The position numbers and the translations under genes are program-made. 56,829 nucleotides of DNA from Chromera velia (Eukaryota), in contig JAHBMJ010000083.1 in NCBI GenBank assembly GCA_018398765.1, positions 1-56,829 of the forward strand. Direction: 5' to 3'. Positions 29,067 through 42,491 of the stretch are shown here, piece after piece. Numbering within the stretch: the stretch's first letter is position 1; each line of letters starts with the position of its first letter. The notes under the pieces are model-generated. The model saw only the letters and a program-made list of their open reading frames with translations, did not search any database and was not told the origin of the DNA.

Positions 29067-32000
29067 ATGCCTTTCAGCAAGACGAAGGAGCTTCTTTCCA
29101 GGCCCTCCAGCTGGGCCTTTTTTGTCATGGCACTTCAGCAAGTGCTTGCGTCAGCTTTCAACGGAAGGTCGGTCGGTCTCCTCTGTTCTGTTCTCACTGC
29201 ACGTGCTATTTCCTCTTCGGCATGCATTCATGCCTTCTTTTCCTCCCTTCCGATGCTCAACTGCAGCCCCTGGGTGTTCGTGAAACCGTTCCTGGACGGG
29301 AAGGGAGTGGAACCCAGTGTGATCGGAGTTGTCTTCGCAGCCACTCCCCTAGGGTGCCTCTGTGCCACCCCCTTTTGGGCCCCTCTAGCACGCCGTTTTG
29401 GCAGCGGCGTCCTCCTGACGGTGTGCACGTTGATGATCGTGGCCACAGGGGTCGGATTCGCCTTCAGTCCCTCGTGTACTACAGAGAAGAACTGGCTGGT
29501 CGTGTCCCTCACAGCCATGAGATTCGTCTGGGGTGTAAGCCTCTCGGGGGTACGTGGGGAGGGGAGGGGAGGGGAGGGAGAGACCTTTATTTTTTCTTGG
29601 TTAAACAGGCCGCTTGGCATTCTTTCGCTTGCCCCTCTCTTTCCCCCTTCCTCCTCATGCACTCCGTTTTGCGTCAAGAAATGGTCTTGATTAAATCTCT
29701 ACTCTATTTTCCGTCTCCCTTTACTCAGTCTGTCTTTAATTCCCTCCCACCTACTCCGTCCTGTTTTCTCTGTCTTTCAATCCCCCCTTAATTTCCTTCT
29801 GTGCCCGGACCTCCTGCCCTGCAGGCCGGAACGTTTGCCGCCGCGATCGGCATGAATGCGTTTCCGGGGAGGGAGGGTGCGGTGATCGGGTGGTTCTTTA
29901 CCTTCGGGTTCATTGGGGCCTTGGTCGGTCCCCCCCTGTCGGGGTATCTGTATGCGTGCACCGACAGCTTTTCCGTCCCGTTTCTGGTCCTGGCGCCCTT
30001 GAACCTTCTGGTCATTGCTGCGCAGGGGGGCAAGTGGATGGTCGAGCGAGCGGCCACGGCTGAGGGAGGAGGGGAGGAGGGTGGAGGAGAAATTGCAGTC
30101 GGAGAGGCGATTGAGGAGCAAGGGGGTGACAAAGAAAGAGGGACTGTGTGTATAGGAAGGGGAGGAGGTAAAAAGAGACGGACTGAGATGACGGACTTGG
30201 AGAAAGATAAAACAAATGTGTTGGAAGAAGACAAGAGAGTCACTGGGGTTGCGCATGAGTCGACTCGCCCCACTTTAGGAGGAGAAGAGGGGGTGAGTGG
30301 GCGGTCGTTACAGGAAGAAAGCGGAGAGCGTGGAGGAGGGAATCGAGTTACTCACCGTGTGTTGAAGAGTCCTGCTGCGTTGACTTTGGCCTTTGCCATG
30401 TTGTTCGCCCACTTTGGCCAAGGTCTGCTTGAGCCTACACTGGCTCCTCATATCTCCGCATCTCTGCATGTTACAGAACCTCCTGTGTTGGGTCTGATAT
30501 TCAGCATCACCACCATCGCTGTAGCCGTGACTGCGTGGCCCGTAGGGGTCTTGTCGGATCGGCGGGGGGTGAGTCGTTTCGCTCTGGTGGGCGTGGGTTT
30601 GCTTTTCTTGGCGTGTGGGGGGGTGTTGGTGGGACCTGCTGCGATGATACGAGAGGAGGTGGAGGAGGGGGGGGCGAGGGCAGAGCAACTATGGGGTTTG
30701 CTTGTTTGCTCGCTTCTGTTGTTTGGAATGGGAATCAACTTGGTCGTCATTCCCTCCATTCCCGCTCTCCTCATGATAGGCACCAGAGAGATGACAGCAA
30801 GGGAGAGACAGAGAACGTTCGCAGATATCGTCGTTCAACAACAGGATGATAACGCAGAATTGCCACTCGTTGGCCGTGTGCAGATTTCAGAACAGCCCTC
30901 GTCTCTGTCCCTTGAGTCTTCTTCTTCATCATCTCCAGAGGAACAGAAGGAAACAGAAATAGAAAGAGAGGAAGACAGGGAGGAAAGAGGAGTTGAAGGC
31001 TCTCCCGTTCCATGTCCGTCTGTTTTAGGCCGGCAGTGGTCGCCAGGGTGCGACAGCGTCGGACAGTCACATACCCCCATGCAGACAGATGCCGTCCCTC
31101 ATTCCTTCATTCCTGCATGGGGTTTGAAGAGATCATCAATTCGGCCGACCCGCTCCACTCCGGTGCGAGCTGAAGGGGGCAGGGAAAGCGACCCCGACCC
31201 CCCCCCTCGTCCGTCTTTGTCTTCTCCCTCCTTCTGTGACAATTCAAAAACGATGGCTGAGCACCTGCAGGTGAACAGGGGGGCAGACGATGCAGATGCA
31301 GAGGGTGCTGGGATGGGGAGCGTGGATGGTGCGGCGGTGGAGCTGATTGTCCGGGCGCTAGAGTCGGGGGTGGCTGTCCGATCTGGTGGCAGGTCAGCTC
31401 TGTCGATGGGAAGCTGCTTGGCGGCTCACGCACTTCAGAGGAGACCCGGGGTAAAGAGACGGCAGGTGTATGTAGGGGTGGAGGGGGAGGAGAGTAGGAG
31501 GAGCAGGAGCGTGCGAGGGTCAGCGTCACGGCCCCCTTCCAGACCCCACACACTTAAACCAACACGCTCAACAATAGACAGAGACAGACGAGAGATTTCA
31601 TCACCCCCACGCACGTCAATCTCCCTCAAGAGCACCAGAGAGAGACACAGAGAGAGAGCCTCCACCACACCAGCCTCCCGACTTTATCACCAACAAGCAT
31701 CAGCTGCCGTTGTTCCAGAAGCAGAAGGGGTGGGTGGGTCGGAAGAAAGAAACAGGAGGGGAATCGGCAGAGTGGGAGTGGGGGGAGAAAGGGAAGGTCT
31801 CATTTGCCCTCCACCGTCTCCTGCCTTTGCTGTCTCTGTAACGCAGGAGCCACACAGGGGAGAGGGGGGATGTCCGACGAGGAGAGGAGGGGACAACTTT
31901 CCCTCTGTCTTTGGCCAAACCCCTTTTCACAAAGCGGTATCGCTTAGCAGGGGTTCTCCTCATCAGAGCACTCCATTGCAGAAAGTGGGTTCCCGTCAAA

Positions 32001-32920
32001 TGGCCTTCATGCACAGCAGTAATGCTTTTCAACGGCACGAGTACTCACCAAGGGACGCAGACAGGGGTGACGCCTCTCAAAGCTCCTGCATCACCCCTGA
32101 TGGCTCCTCAAGAGGCAACCACCCGTCCCCTCCCGCCTCTTGCCCCCCCCTCTTCAGAATACCCCCCGAGCCCGAGATGAACCCCCACTCGACACCGAGG
32201 GTCTCCCCTGGCCCCCCCCGCTCTTCCCATGAGGGCATTTCAGAGGGGGGGGAGGGTGGAGGCCAAATTGAAGAGGGGAAAGAGAGAATAAAGGAAAAAG
32301 GACAATTGAGTTCACCCGAAGCAGCACGCCCACGTACCGACAGAGACGCACTGGAGGAGAGTAGTTGTTGGAAGGAAATGCGAGAGAGAGATGGAGATGG
32401 AGGTTGTTCGTATTGCAGCGAGGCAGTCGGGACCGTTGGATTGAAGTCGGACGTCTCAGAGGAAGAAGAAGAAGAAGAAGAAGAAGAAGAGACAGAGGAA
32501 GAGAAGGGAGAGGGTGGGGCTGCCTCCGAGTTGTGTGTGTGGGTTTCTTCCCTTGAGAACGCCTGTTGGGGCCTGGGGAATTCTGGAGGGAAGTTGCTGG
32601 GTCTGTCTCTGCAGACCGTGATGAATTTTGCGTGCGTCGCTTCTCTCTTCTCCCTCCTGTGGGTTGCGTGTTCGGTTCCTGTCTTCCTCGTGGCTGTGTT
32701 GGAGGAGAGACGCCGCAGAGCGAATCTCAGAAAGAATCGAGCAGCGGCGTGGGAGGGGAAGAATGGCGGGAGCCGCACATCAAAAAAAGACGGTCGGACA
32801 AAAGAGGGCGAGAGGGAGGAAGAGGAAGAGGAAATGATGGAAGAGGTTGACGATTTTAACGTACAAGCACGGATGCAAAAAGGTAGTGGAGAGGGAAGAA
32901 AGGGTGTGTGCGCTGTTTGA
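29067..32920 (+). CDS. Major facilitator superfamily transporter, SLC18B1/vesicular amine transporter-like, ~1159 aa with a large internal low-complexity insertion
   Basis: Exons 29067-29167, 29267-29549 and 29825-32920 are phase-consistent with GT..CAG introns. The hydrophobic helices show MFS hallmarks: IGVVFAATPLG..APLARRFG, LTAMRFVWG, FPGREGAVIG..GALVGPPLSGYLY..FSVPFLV, GLLEPTLAPHI, VGVLSDRRG, SSLENACWGLGNSGGKLLG. Confidence 0.88.
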
Positions 32921-34181
32921 GAGAGAAGAGAGAATATGGATGGTTGGTATTTCGATCCAACACAAGTCCATGAACAAATGCATGTTGACTTTGGTTCGTC
33001 CTTTCTCCCTTTGCGTCTCCGCTAGAAGCAAAGAGAGAGAGAGGCTCTCCAAACGGGTCCTCTTTTCTTTTCTTTTCTTTTCTTTTTTCACCGTTCTTTT
33101 TTATTTTGGTTTTTTTACTTTTCCCTTCAAGTTCGTGGAAGGAATTTTGTTGCATTTATGCATGCATGCTGATTCCATGCAATGCATTCCTGTTTTGGTT
33201 TTGGTTGCATTCCTGTTTTGGTTTTGGTTGCATTCCTGTGTGTAATGGAAGCACATGGCGGCTCGGTGTTCTTGGTCATGACTGGCGGACTTTCGATCGA
33301 GCATACGTGTTGATGCTGCAACAAGAAAGTGACGTGCATCAAAAATCATTCTTTCTTTTTTTTTTTTTTTTGCGGTTTCCATCATATACGTACCACGAAG
33401 AAGGATGCTTCACGTTCATTGTCGCTGATGTTCTTCCACCCTGTCGTCTGTCTTCCCTCTTTCGCTCATTTGTTTCGAGGAGAGAATTCATTTTTTCTTC
33501 TTTTCTCTTCATTAGATGGGAAGATCAAACCATCAGTCCGCAATCCGTCTTTTTGTCCCCCCGTTCCTGAATACGTTTGTGTCCCTTCCCACAGACACTC
33601 CCTCCCTCTCGCATGGGGGGGGGGGCTAGTCAGTTTTGATAGGTAGAATTTTGTCGGCTCGTCTCTGTCATCTTTTTAAGTCGATTCTTCTCTCTCTACA
33701 TTGAAGAAATTCACTCCGCATCCGCATCATCAATCAATCCTCCCTCTCAGTCAAGTCATTGTCTCCTGCTGGAAGAGAAGCGACAGCGGCACATTTGCCT
33801 CCTCCTGTTTTAACTTTACATCATCAATTCATCCGTTGTCCGCTTGACCCATGCAAGCAAGCAAGCTGTGTGTAGCAAATCGGTGCTGCGATGATCGAGT
33901 CGGCCGGCCTTTTTGCGTTGAATTGAAAGTTTCCACTTCAACCCCTTTATGGATGCGCTGATTTCTCTTTTTCTCTTTTTGTTAGTTTTTCTCCCTTTCT
34001 GTGTTTCTTTCTCCGTTCTTTCTTCTTGCTTCTTTCTGGCTTCTTTCTGTGCCTCTTTCGTGCAGTTTCTCTCTGTTAAGTTCATCCCTCTCTGCCCTCG
34101 CCTTGCATGTTAAGCTGTATGCATGACGTGAATGCATGCGGCTGCTTCTAATGCTGCTTGGTAAGCCGTGGAAGTGCATGC

Positions 34182-34263
<82 letters not shown>

Positions 34264-36145
34264 ATGCCTGTCTTTGAACATCAACAATCTGAATGAAGGT
34301 GGGTGCAGGAATGAAAGAAAGGGGACACAGGTGCAGATGAACCATCCATGCATGAGTGCAGACGTGTTAATTTGTTCTGTCCAGTAAATCAAGCCCCAGC
34401 AGGCAGGCATGATTTTCCTCCGCAAGGAAGGAAGAGTGCCAGACAGGCAGACGGGTAGAAAGAAAAAGTCTAGAGAAAACGTTCTTCTCTAAAGTACATC
34501 CGTCTGTCTCTGCCTCTCTCAAGCCGTTCAGAAGAGAAGAAAAGACAACTCGTCGCGGCTTTTGCTTCTGTCTGGCTTGAGAGAAACATCTTTCGGCTTA
34601 ATTGTAAATGAGAACGGAGATGAGGGGCCGGGGCCTCGATCGTTGGATTTATTCTTTTGTTTTCTCTCGCTTCTGGTGGTCTTTCTTTTCTTTTTTCTGC
34701 CTCTCTTTGTTTCTCGACTGAGAAATGAAGTCAAACGAATTGTATCGAAAAGGAAGTCACAGGTTCACGCACGTGTGTTTCCGAAAATGCATTATGCGGC
34801 TGGCCTCTTCTCATAAATACTTTACGAAAGTGGCCTCGTGGTTTGAAGGGAGACGGGCAAGGCAAAGTCGCTTGCTTATGCTCTGTGTGCACGAACAGCA
34901 CAATGCAGGCAAGAGGAGGTGCATGAAGAGAGAGGGTGGAAAAGAGAACACTGACCTTCTCTAACTTTGAATTTCTATCACTTTTCTATCATTTTTCTAT
35001 CACTTTTCTAACAACTTGAAGAGAGAGTGCGTATAACGCTGGACGGAGAAAGTCGGAGAATCCATCACGAAGGAAGTGAGGCGGCGCGGCGAGGAGAGAA
35101 GAAATCAATAAGAAAAGCTGCACGCCTTTCAAGTCCCTCCCTCCTTTCTCTGTCGCTTCGCTGCACACCCGAAAGAACCGACAGACAGCTACTGGGGATG
35201 CACGAAAAGCGTACAAGCGTGCAGCTTGACCGTGTGGTTTCGCAAGGGCTGTTCCGATTCCTGTGTGTGACCGACGCACATGCATGCAGTCTCTGGACAT
35301 TCATGCATTCATTCATTCCATGCATGTGTGTGCAAAATTTGCAAATTTGCATGCACACCTGCACGCATGCGGGTGCATGCATGCTGGTTGATGCTGCTGA
35401 TCGTTAATTGCGTCGAGTCGAGTCCTCTTTCTCTGATGCGTATCCGTGCGATAATTGAATGCGTCGATTATGCATGGTGCTATGCATGCATGCATGCATG
35501 TTTGTGTACAAAAGGTGCGGTTGACTGCTTCAATGACGAAATTGGCATGCAGCCGCGATGGTCACCGCGATTTGATCGTCGCGTTCGCGTAAAGTGATGC
35601 CAAAAAGAACAATGTATATAGGAGATTCTAAGGAGAAAAAATGTCCAGAAAAATGTCTTGATGAGGCCGCGATTCAGACGACTCGGAAAACTCTTTTTTT
35701 AAAAAAAGTGAAAGGCCTTTATATGTTATTCCATCAAGTTTTTGGCTATGGAGAAAAAACAAAAATTAGTGGTCATTACTAATTATTGAATTTTCATGTA
35801 AATTAATTCTTAATTCATCATATAGTGTTAAATTATATGCAAGTCGTATTAATTAAATTATTAAATGGTTCACGGCGGCAAGCTAGTTCACGCGACCTTA
35901 TCCTCCCAAAATAATACAAAAAAATTATTTTTTCTGAATGACCGGCCAATTTATACGGCTAAACTGTTTTTTTAAAAAAATTAAAATTCTTTAAGATTTT
36001 TATTTATTTATTGTTTTAATTTTTTGTTACTTGTTGCTCGTGTAGAGCTTTTTTAGTATTTTTCAGTCCCATGTATATTATCAGAAGTCTGCTCTCGCAT
36101 TTCTCCAGAATTCTCCAGAGCTCCTGATGGGGACGGATCATGAAA

Positions 36146-36561
36146 AGAGCACGGTCTCCTAGGGGTAATTTCTAAAAAAGAAAAAAAAAGTCTCGATCCA
36201 AAACAAATTTATTTTTTTTGTTTTTTGATGATAATCTCGCTAGCATCAACATATAACAACCATATGCGACTTGATCACAATACGACACCCTGCAACATAC
36301 ACCAAAGCAACGGTTGTATAACAGTGTAACAACATTTATTTATCATTATAATAAAGAAACAATCTAGGAAACAATGATATAACAACATTTAAACAACATT
36401 TGTCGGTTTATACAACACATGAACAACACTTAAACAACATATTTTTTAGTTTGACATCATGCAGAAAAAGAAAAAAAAAAGAAAAAAGTGAAAATAACCA
36501 TTTTTTTTTTTTTTAAATCACCCCAAGACAGTCTCCCAGTCTCTGTAGGGAGACGTGCTCT
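36146..36561. mobile_element. Possible degenerate MITE (AT-rich, imperfect terminal inverted repeats)
   Basis: The left end reads AGAGCACGGTCTCCTAGGGGTAATTTCTAAAAAA. The reverse complement of the right end reads AGAGCACGTCTCCCTA...GGGGTGATTTAAAAAAA. The interior is rich in ACAACA motifs. No clear target-site duplication. Confidence 0.35.
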
Positions 36562-36963
36562 AGCTACCCTGAAGATGAAAGGAAATGAATCAGGGGGGAT
36601 GTATGGTGGATAAGGGTGGGAGTGAAAGAGAGAGAGACGACCAACGTCGACTATCTACTCCAGGCACACTCGCTCCTTCCTCATCTCTTCAAAAAATTCC
36701 TCCCTATAATTCATTTCTTCTTTTAATTCCTCACATTTTTTCTCCAGTTCCTCCACCTCCCTCCTCCACATCTCAATGTCGGTGGGGGAGGCGGTAGCTG
36801 AAGGTTGGGGTTCCTGTGAGGCCTGCACAGGCAATGATCCAGACTGGCAGACGCGGCGATTTGTATGTTTCCCCCGTCTCTTTCCCCCTCCCTCTGGGGA
36901 GCCTCCCTTGCCCTTCCCGTTCTTTCTTCATCCCCCTCCCTTTCCCTTCCTGCTCTTTTCTCA

Positions 36964-39000
36964 CCCCCTTGCGCCAAGTCCCCCTCATGCACTCCCTCGG
37001 GAGGCTCTGCATCTGGACACACCCCCTCGTGGTACTCCAGTTGGCTTTCAAAGACCTGCATAGAAAAGGAGAGGAAAGAACCAACAGATGTAGACATACA
37101 GACAGACATGCTCAAGAAGGAAGGAAGATTAGTCGGGGAAGAGGCTAACAGAGAGGGAGAGACAATGAAAAGCAATGAAGAGGCGAGGAAGACTTCATGA
37201 TGATTAAGGTACACGAAGACAAAAACAGGAACTAAAAGATATGAACCATCCACTCCGGACATACTTGCTCCTTCCTCATATCTTTCCAACTGTTACAGTC
37301 TTTCTCAAATTCTCTGCTTCTCTCTGTCTCTTCTTTCTCCTCTTCCAAGTTATCACACTTCTCCCTCAGCCCCTCCACTCCCCTCCTCCATGCACATCTC
37401 GATTCCTCTCCTCAACCCTCTCGCCTCGTGCTTGCCTTTGAGCAGCCGCATCCTCCGCCGCCTCACTCACCTGCATGAAGGAGTACATGGCATTGCATAT
37501 GCAGACAGGCAGCTAGAGGGACATGTGCAGGCATGGGAAGAATCGCAATTCGAAGCCAAACACGGCGAGCAGGGTATTGAAACATGTAACAGAACGAAAC
37601 CGCACTGATCATGCAAAGAGATTTGGAGAGATTTCATTGACGTCTGCGCATACACAGACCCTTTCTTTCCCTTGTTCTCACCTCTTAAACTATTTCAGAT
37701 GCAGCGTCTCTTTCCAGTGCAAGAAGGTCCCTCAGGGCAGCCGCTAAGGCCTTCGAGTCGGCATCGGCGAGACGTTCAAGGAGCAGGATTTTTGATGACT
37801 TCTTTGTCTTTGGGAGAGATGGGGCACTTGCCTGGGGCTCCTGCTTGGACCCTCTCTCAGTCTTTGAGGCCCCTCAGTCTGTCCGTCTGCTCGAGTTGTG
37901 TTAGGTGGGGCAGCTGCACAAAGAAGGCAGAGGGAGGACAGGGGAAGGGGAAGGGGGGCATACGTGAGTAAAAGAGGAAGAGGGTGCAACGCGTCAAGAG
38001 ACACAATTAAGCAGGCAGTGCAAAGGGGCCAGAAGGAACAATTAAGGGAAGAAAGGACGAAAGAAAGCCACAAGGAGTATAGGAGATCCAGGGGGGGCAA
38101 GGGGAGGGGGAAGCAGAAGCAAGAAGAGGAAGTCTAAAGAAGGGACATCTATCAGGATGATACGAAGACGTTAAAGAGTAGAGCCACTGCACCTCTATTG
38201 TGACTTCACATACCTTCCCTCTTGCTTACTGTAGTCCCATTGGAGAATGCTGAGGTCTTTCTGGTGAGGGGTAGGAGGTTCCCCTGTGGATGAGTTTGAG
38301 GGGCAGTAGTGGTAGCTGCTGCTGCTGCGGCGGCGGCGGTGGCAAAAGAAGAGGATAAGTTTTGAGATCCTCTCTTGTTGGCGGTGGGGATGTCCAACTT
38401 GGCGGTGGTGGATCGGGCACCCTTGCTCGAATGTTTCTGCTTGTCGACCTTGTCTGCAGCCTCTGAGGAGACAGTTTGAAGGGCATTTTGCATTGAATTT
38501 CCTCCCGATACATTCATTGTGGCAGGCGCTAGGGCAGGTGAGCCTCTAAATGTGACAGACTCTCTGAGCCAGTAGACGACGTAGATCTGTTGTTCTGACA
38601 AAGACGAGGGGAATGGAGAGTATCAGCAGCGGCCTTGTCCAAGATGACCTTCAAAATCTGGGCAAGCCTATTTGCCTGATTGGTTACGCTGATCTTCCTT
38701 CCTCCCGCGCCTGTTGTCTGCTGTGATGAGGTGCTCTTGGGATTGGTGATGACTTCTTTATCTTTTGGAGAGATGCAGAGCTTGCCTGGGGCAGCTGCAC
38801 AAAGAAAGCAGAGGGAGGATAGGGAAAGGGGAGGGGGGGCATACGTGAGTGAGAGGAAGAGGGGGCAGCGCGTTAAGAGACACAATTAAGCAGGCAGTGC
38901 AAGGTTGGGGCCAGAAGGAATAATTAAGGAAAGAAAGGAAAAGAGAAAGCCAGAAGGAGTATAGGAGAGTATAGGGGGGGGAAGCACCTGCAGTGTGAAG
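36964..39000 (-). pseudogene. Probable decayed spliced gene with an internal intron+exon duplication
   Basis: Exon-like blocks are bounded by CAG/GTGAG sites (near 37055-36965, 37642-37471, 37913-37682 and 38793-38230) but contain stops or frameshifts. 37794-38086 and 38748-38968 are diverged copies of each other. No family recognised. Confidence 0.3.
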
Positions 39001-40109
39001 TAAATGAAAGACCTCAATCACTTCATCGATTTTTTCTTTTGATTGGTACTGCGTGAGGTTCTCTTACTCTCGCTCTCTTGTTTGTGCGACGACGTAATGG
39101 AAATGAGGGTCGTGGAAGACCTCTCTCGGAGTGGTCACGTGATTCCTGGCCGATCGAGGCTATCAGGGGTGCAAAAAAAACCTCCGCATGCCAGGGGCGT
39201 CCCCGGGTTGACTGCAATCAGAACACACACCGACAAGTTGAATCATGTACTTCTCATTGTGGCCGGGTGCATCCAGCTTGACAGCAGAAAACAAGAAAAT
39301 GTACTCACTCCCAATCAGTCAGGCGCAGAAGCAAAGCAAAGGGCCAACAGAGTAGCAGATCGAAGAGACATCCAAGGAATCGTCTTCTACTTCTCGCCTC
39401 CGCTTGTCCAGTTACCAACTCAAGAAAATTCACAAACCCGTGGTCCATTTTTTAAAATGTTACAGAAGGATAGCACAAAATCGATCAACTATGTCATAGC
39501 TTGAGCAGAGAGGCATGAAAAAAGCTCAAAAAGAGCAGAACGGTAAATCAAAAGCCAAAAAACTGGTGATGTATTTCTGTCCTGCGAAGAATCAGAGAGA
39601 AAGATCAGGTAGAGATCAGTCACTCACCCAGTTGGTTTTGTCTTTCGGCCATTCGATTCTGCCAGAAGGAATTAAAGAAAGAAAGTGCAGAGAGAGGATA
39701 ATTAAAAAAAATGTTGCACCGCAACAGGAATAGAATCCGTCCAGCAGAACAGAAGTGAAAGAAGAGAACAGTGCCCGATCAACTATTTTGTTTTTCTCAT
39801 CTACTTCCAGAAATCCTTTACACCCACTTGGCTTCCATGCTTGCCTTGCTACACCCTCACTCTTGAACACTAGTATCAGGAGAGACATGTCAGAGCAGGA
39901 AGGGGGTTTGTTATATTTCGTACTACTAGAGAGAAAAGACGCCTGTGGTGTACTCTCTCTTCTCCTTCCTCACGGCTTTCCTCTCCCACGCCTGCCTTAC
40001 CTTCCTGGCTTGAGTCTCTTCCTCTATAATCTCCCTCCCTCCCTCCAAAATATTTGATCAAACACATGGTTCTGACACAAATTAAGGTACGTTAACCCAG
40101 CTAGCCAGT

Positions 40110-40232
40110 TAGTGCATCGATCTCCTGCCTGCTCTGTTCGTTCTCCTTATCTCCTAGCTAGTGTATCGATCTCCTGTCTCCTCTGCTCGTTCTCTTTATC
40201 TCCTAGCTAGTGCATCGATCTCCTGTCTCCTC
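40110..40232. repeat. 49-nt tandem minisatellite, ~2.5 copies
   Basis: TAGTGYATCGATCTCCTG... begins at 40110, 40159 and 40208. Confidence 0.9.
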
Positions 40233-41738
40233 GCAGACAGCCCCCCATCCTGGAATCATGCAGCCATTCTGTGACAGCATGACGGTTTTCTGAACACGTG
40301 TTGCTCGTCTGGTCCCTGTTTTGGTGACTGTGCCGCTAAAACCCGCATATACAAATACACAGATTTCAGTAGACCTGAGAGGGGCGAACTGAACGGCGGC
40401 ACAGCCAAGCAGAAACGCAATTTGGCAGCAATCAATCACCTCTCTCATTCAATGCGCCTCAAAGAGCCTTCCTCATTCAACCCACGCGTTCTGAAAGAAC
40501 TGCACCTCACTGTTGCTTTTATAACTTGTTGTACATCTTGTTGAAAACACGTAGCTTGGACAAATACATACAGGTCGCTAAACTTCAAAAAGGCAGAGCT
40601 CCCTAAGTCCGCCATCCAGTGCCTGTTAGAGATGAAGAGGGCTTCATTCGAAACACAAGGAAGGGTTTTTCTTTCGGTCTGGCCGACCGTCTCGCCACGT
40701 CTCGCCCTATTATTGCTGGTTGGCTACAAAACGAAATGCATATATACATGTGAGAGAGCAAATACACATTTAATATGCAGAAGGTTGAACAAAGTGCGGG
40801 TCCATCTCTCCTAAGATCTTTCATGAAAAATTAAAGAAGAACACCCGACATCGCAAAAAATAGATCTAGGCTACGAGACAGACCTTTGATCTTTTTTGAA
40901 AAGGAAGCAAGGTTGAAATTCTTTGGATGCGTTCCACACTTTGTCTCAAATTCTTTTTCGCATTCGGATTTATAGTGGCAGAAGCGGAGGCAGCAAGAAA
41001 AGGAGTCAGCTCAAATCGAAAGATAGAGCAAATCATAGCCACAGTCAAGTCTTGAAAGAAACACATAACTTTCCTAGCTTAATTGGACAATCGAAGATGA
41101 ACTTCTTTTTGGTACAGAGTTGCAGAAATGATCGGTAGCGTCCCGCATGGCATAACAAGAATTCAAAGAACAATCAACGCCAGAAAGAAGATTCAAATTT
41201 GTACGCTTCTGCACAACACAAAGTCTTGTTGCTGTCCTATCAATCCACCGTAAGGGCCCTGGGAGGCTTGTTGAGAGCCGCGGTGAATTGAAAAGCACTG
41301 CAGGGCAGCGTTGAAGTGTTGCACCCACTGTTGTTCATTTACAACGTACATCGATCCCGTATCGGCGCGAAATGCGCGCGCGTGCATGCATCATTGAAAA
41401 AAAAAAGCTCAAAATGTTTCGATCAAATTATAACTCCGCGCGGGGCCATGTGCAGACAGACATGCATATAAATCCCATATATATATGACGCCGGACAGGC
41501 ACTCTAGCTATAGAAGCAAATTGTAATGTTCTGCTGCTCGTCTGTACGTCACAGTGAGATTCCTGAACGTGGATGCCTTGGGGCTGTGCGCTTCCTTTAT
41601 CGATTGATGACCACGGTTTGACTGCAGGCGAGCGCATGCTTGCATGTTATACTGCATGCACACTGTTTTGTGAGTGATTTAGCTTGTTCCACCCAATTTC
41701 TGCAGTTCTGCTCGCTCAAGGGCGCTCGTGCAGAAGCG

Positions 41739-42491
41739 ATGGGCGACGCTCTTTCGGTTCTTCAAGGCGTCAATGTAAATGGACGCATCAACTTCCCTCG
41801 ATTTTCCATTGCGCTCACCGCTGCTGATCGCTTTTGCGAGGATTGCGCAGCAGGTTGGCCCATACATGCGTTCATGCATGCGTCTTTTCCTATGCACCTA
41901 TGCAGAAACACATCTTGCACATGCTTCTGGTCCTTACAATTCGTCTGCCATCGTTCTCCTTGTGGGATGATGTTTCTGTGCTGTTTGCTTTAATTGTCTC
42001 TGCCTACATGGCTTCTTATTTCAGGTCGGCTCGAGGCCGTTCAACAAAAACTTGCGAACAAGAGTGCCGAGGAGAAAGCGAAATTTGTGTGCGCGAAAAG
42101 TCGGGAAGGGGATGTGCCTCTGAACTGCGCTGCCCATAGCGGCAACCTGGAGCTTGTAGATCTGCTCCTCGAGTCAGGCGCCAGCCTGACGGATTACGAC
42201 AAAGAGGGGCACAGCGCGCTCTGCTCTGCAATCCTGGGAGGTCATCCTCAGGTGTTGCAGCGGCTTGTAGAGAAGGGGGGCGAGTTGAATCACCAAGATG
42301 ACAGTGGGCTTGCGGCTGTCCACTACGCAGTGCTGAGGGAGAACGTGGAGTGTGCAAAGATTCTCCTGGAGGCAGGGGCAAACCCGAATTTGAAGAATAA
42401 AAACGGGACCATGGCGTTCCAACAAGCACGCGTACTAAAGAATCAACAGATCCAAGAATTGCTCAAACAACATGGTGCGATTGAGTCTTGA
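41739..42491 (+). CDS. Small ankyrin-repeat protein (~193 aa, 2 coding exons)
   Basis: Exons 41739-41853 and 42025-42491 (phase 1) give FCEDCAAG|RLEAVQ. Canonical ANK repeats follow: GDVPLNCAAHSGNLELVDLLLESGA, GHSALCSAILGGHPQVLQRLVEKGG, GLAAVHYAVLRENVECAKILLEAGANPNLKNKNG. The start codon is less certain than the repeats. Confidence 0.9.

Noticed and set aside
33183..33238. 23-nt tandem repeat; similar small tandems at 9531-9680, 34971-35010 and 51665-51695
   Set aside because: Ordinary slippage duplications without a filler sequence, so not part of the micro-insert family.
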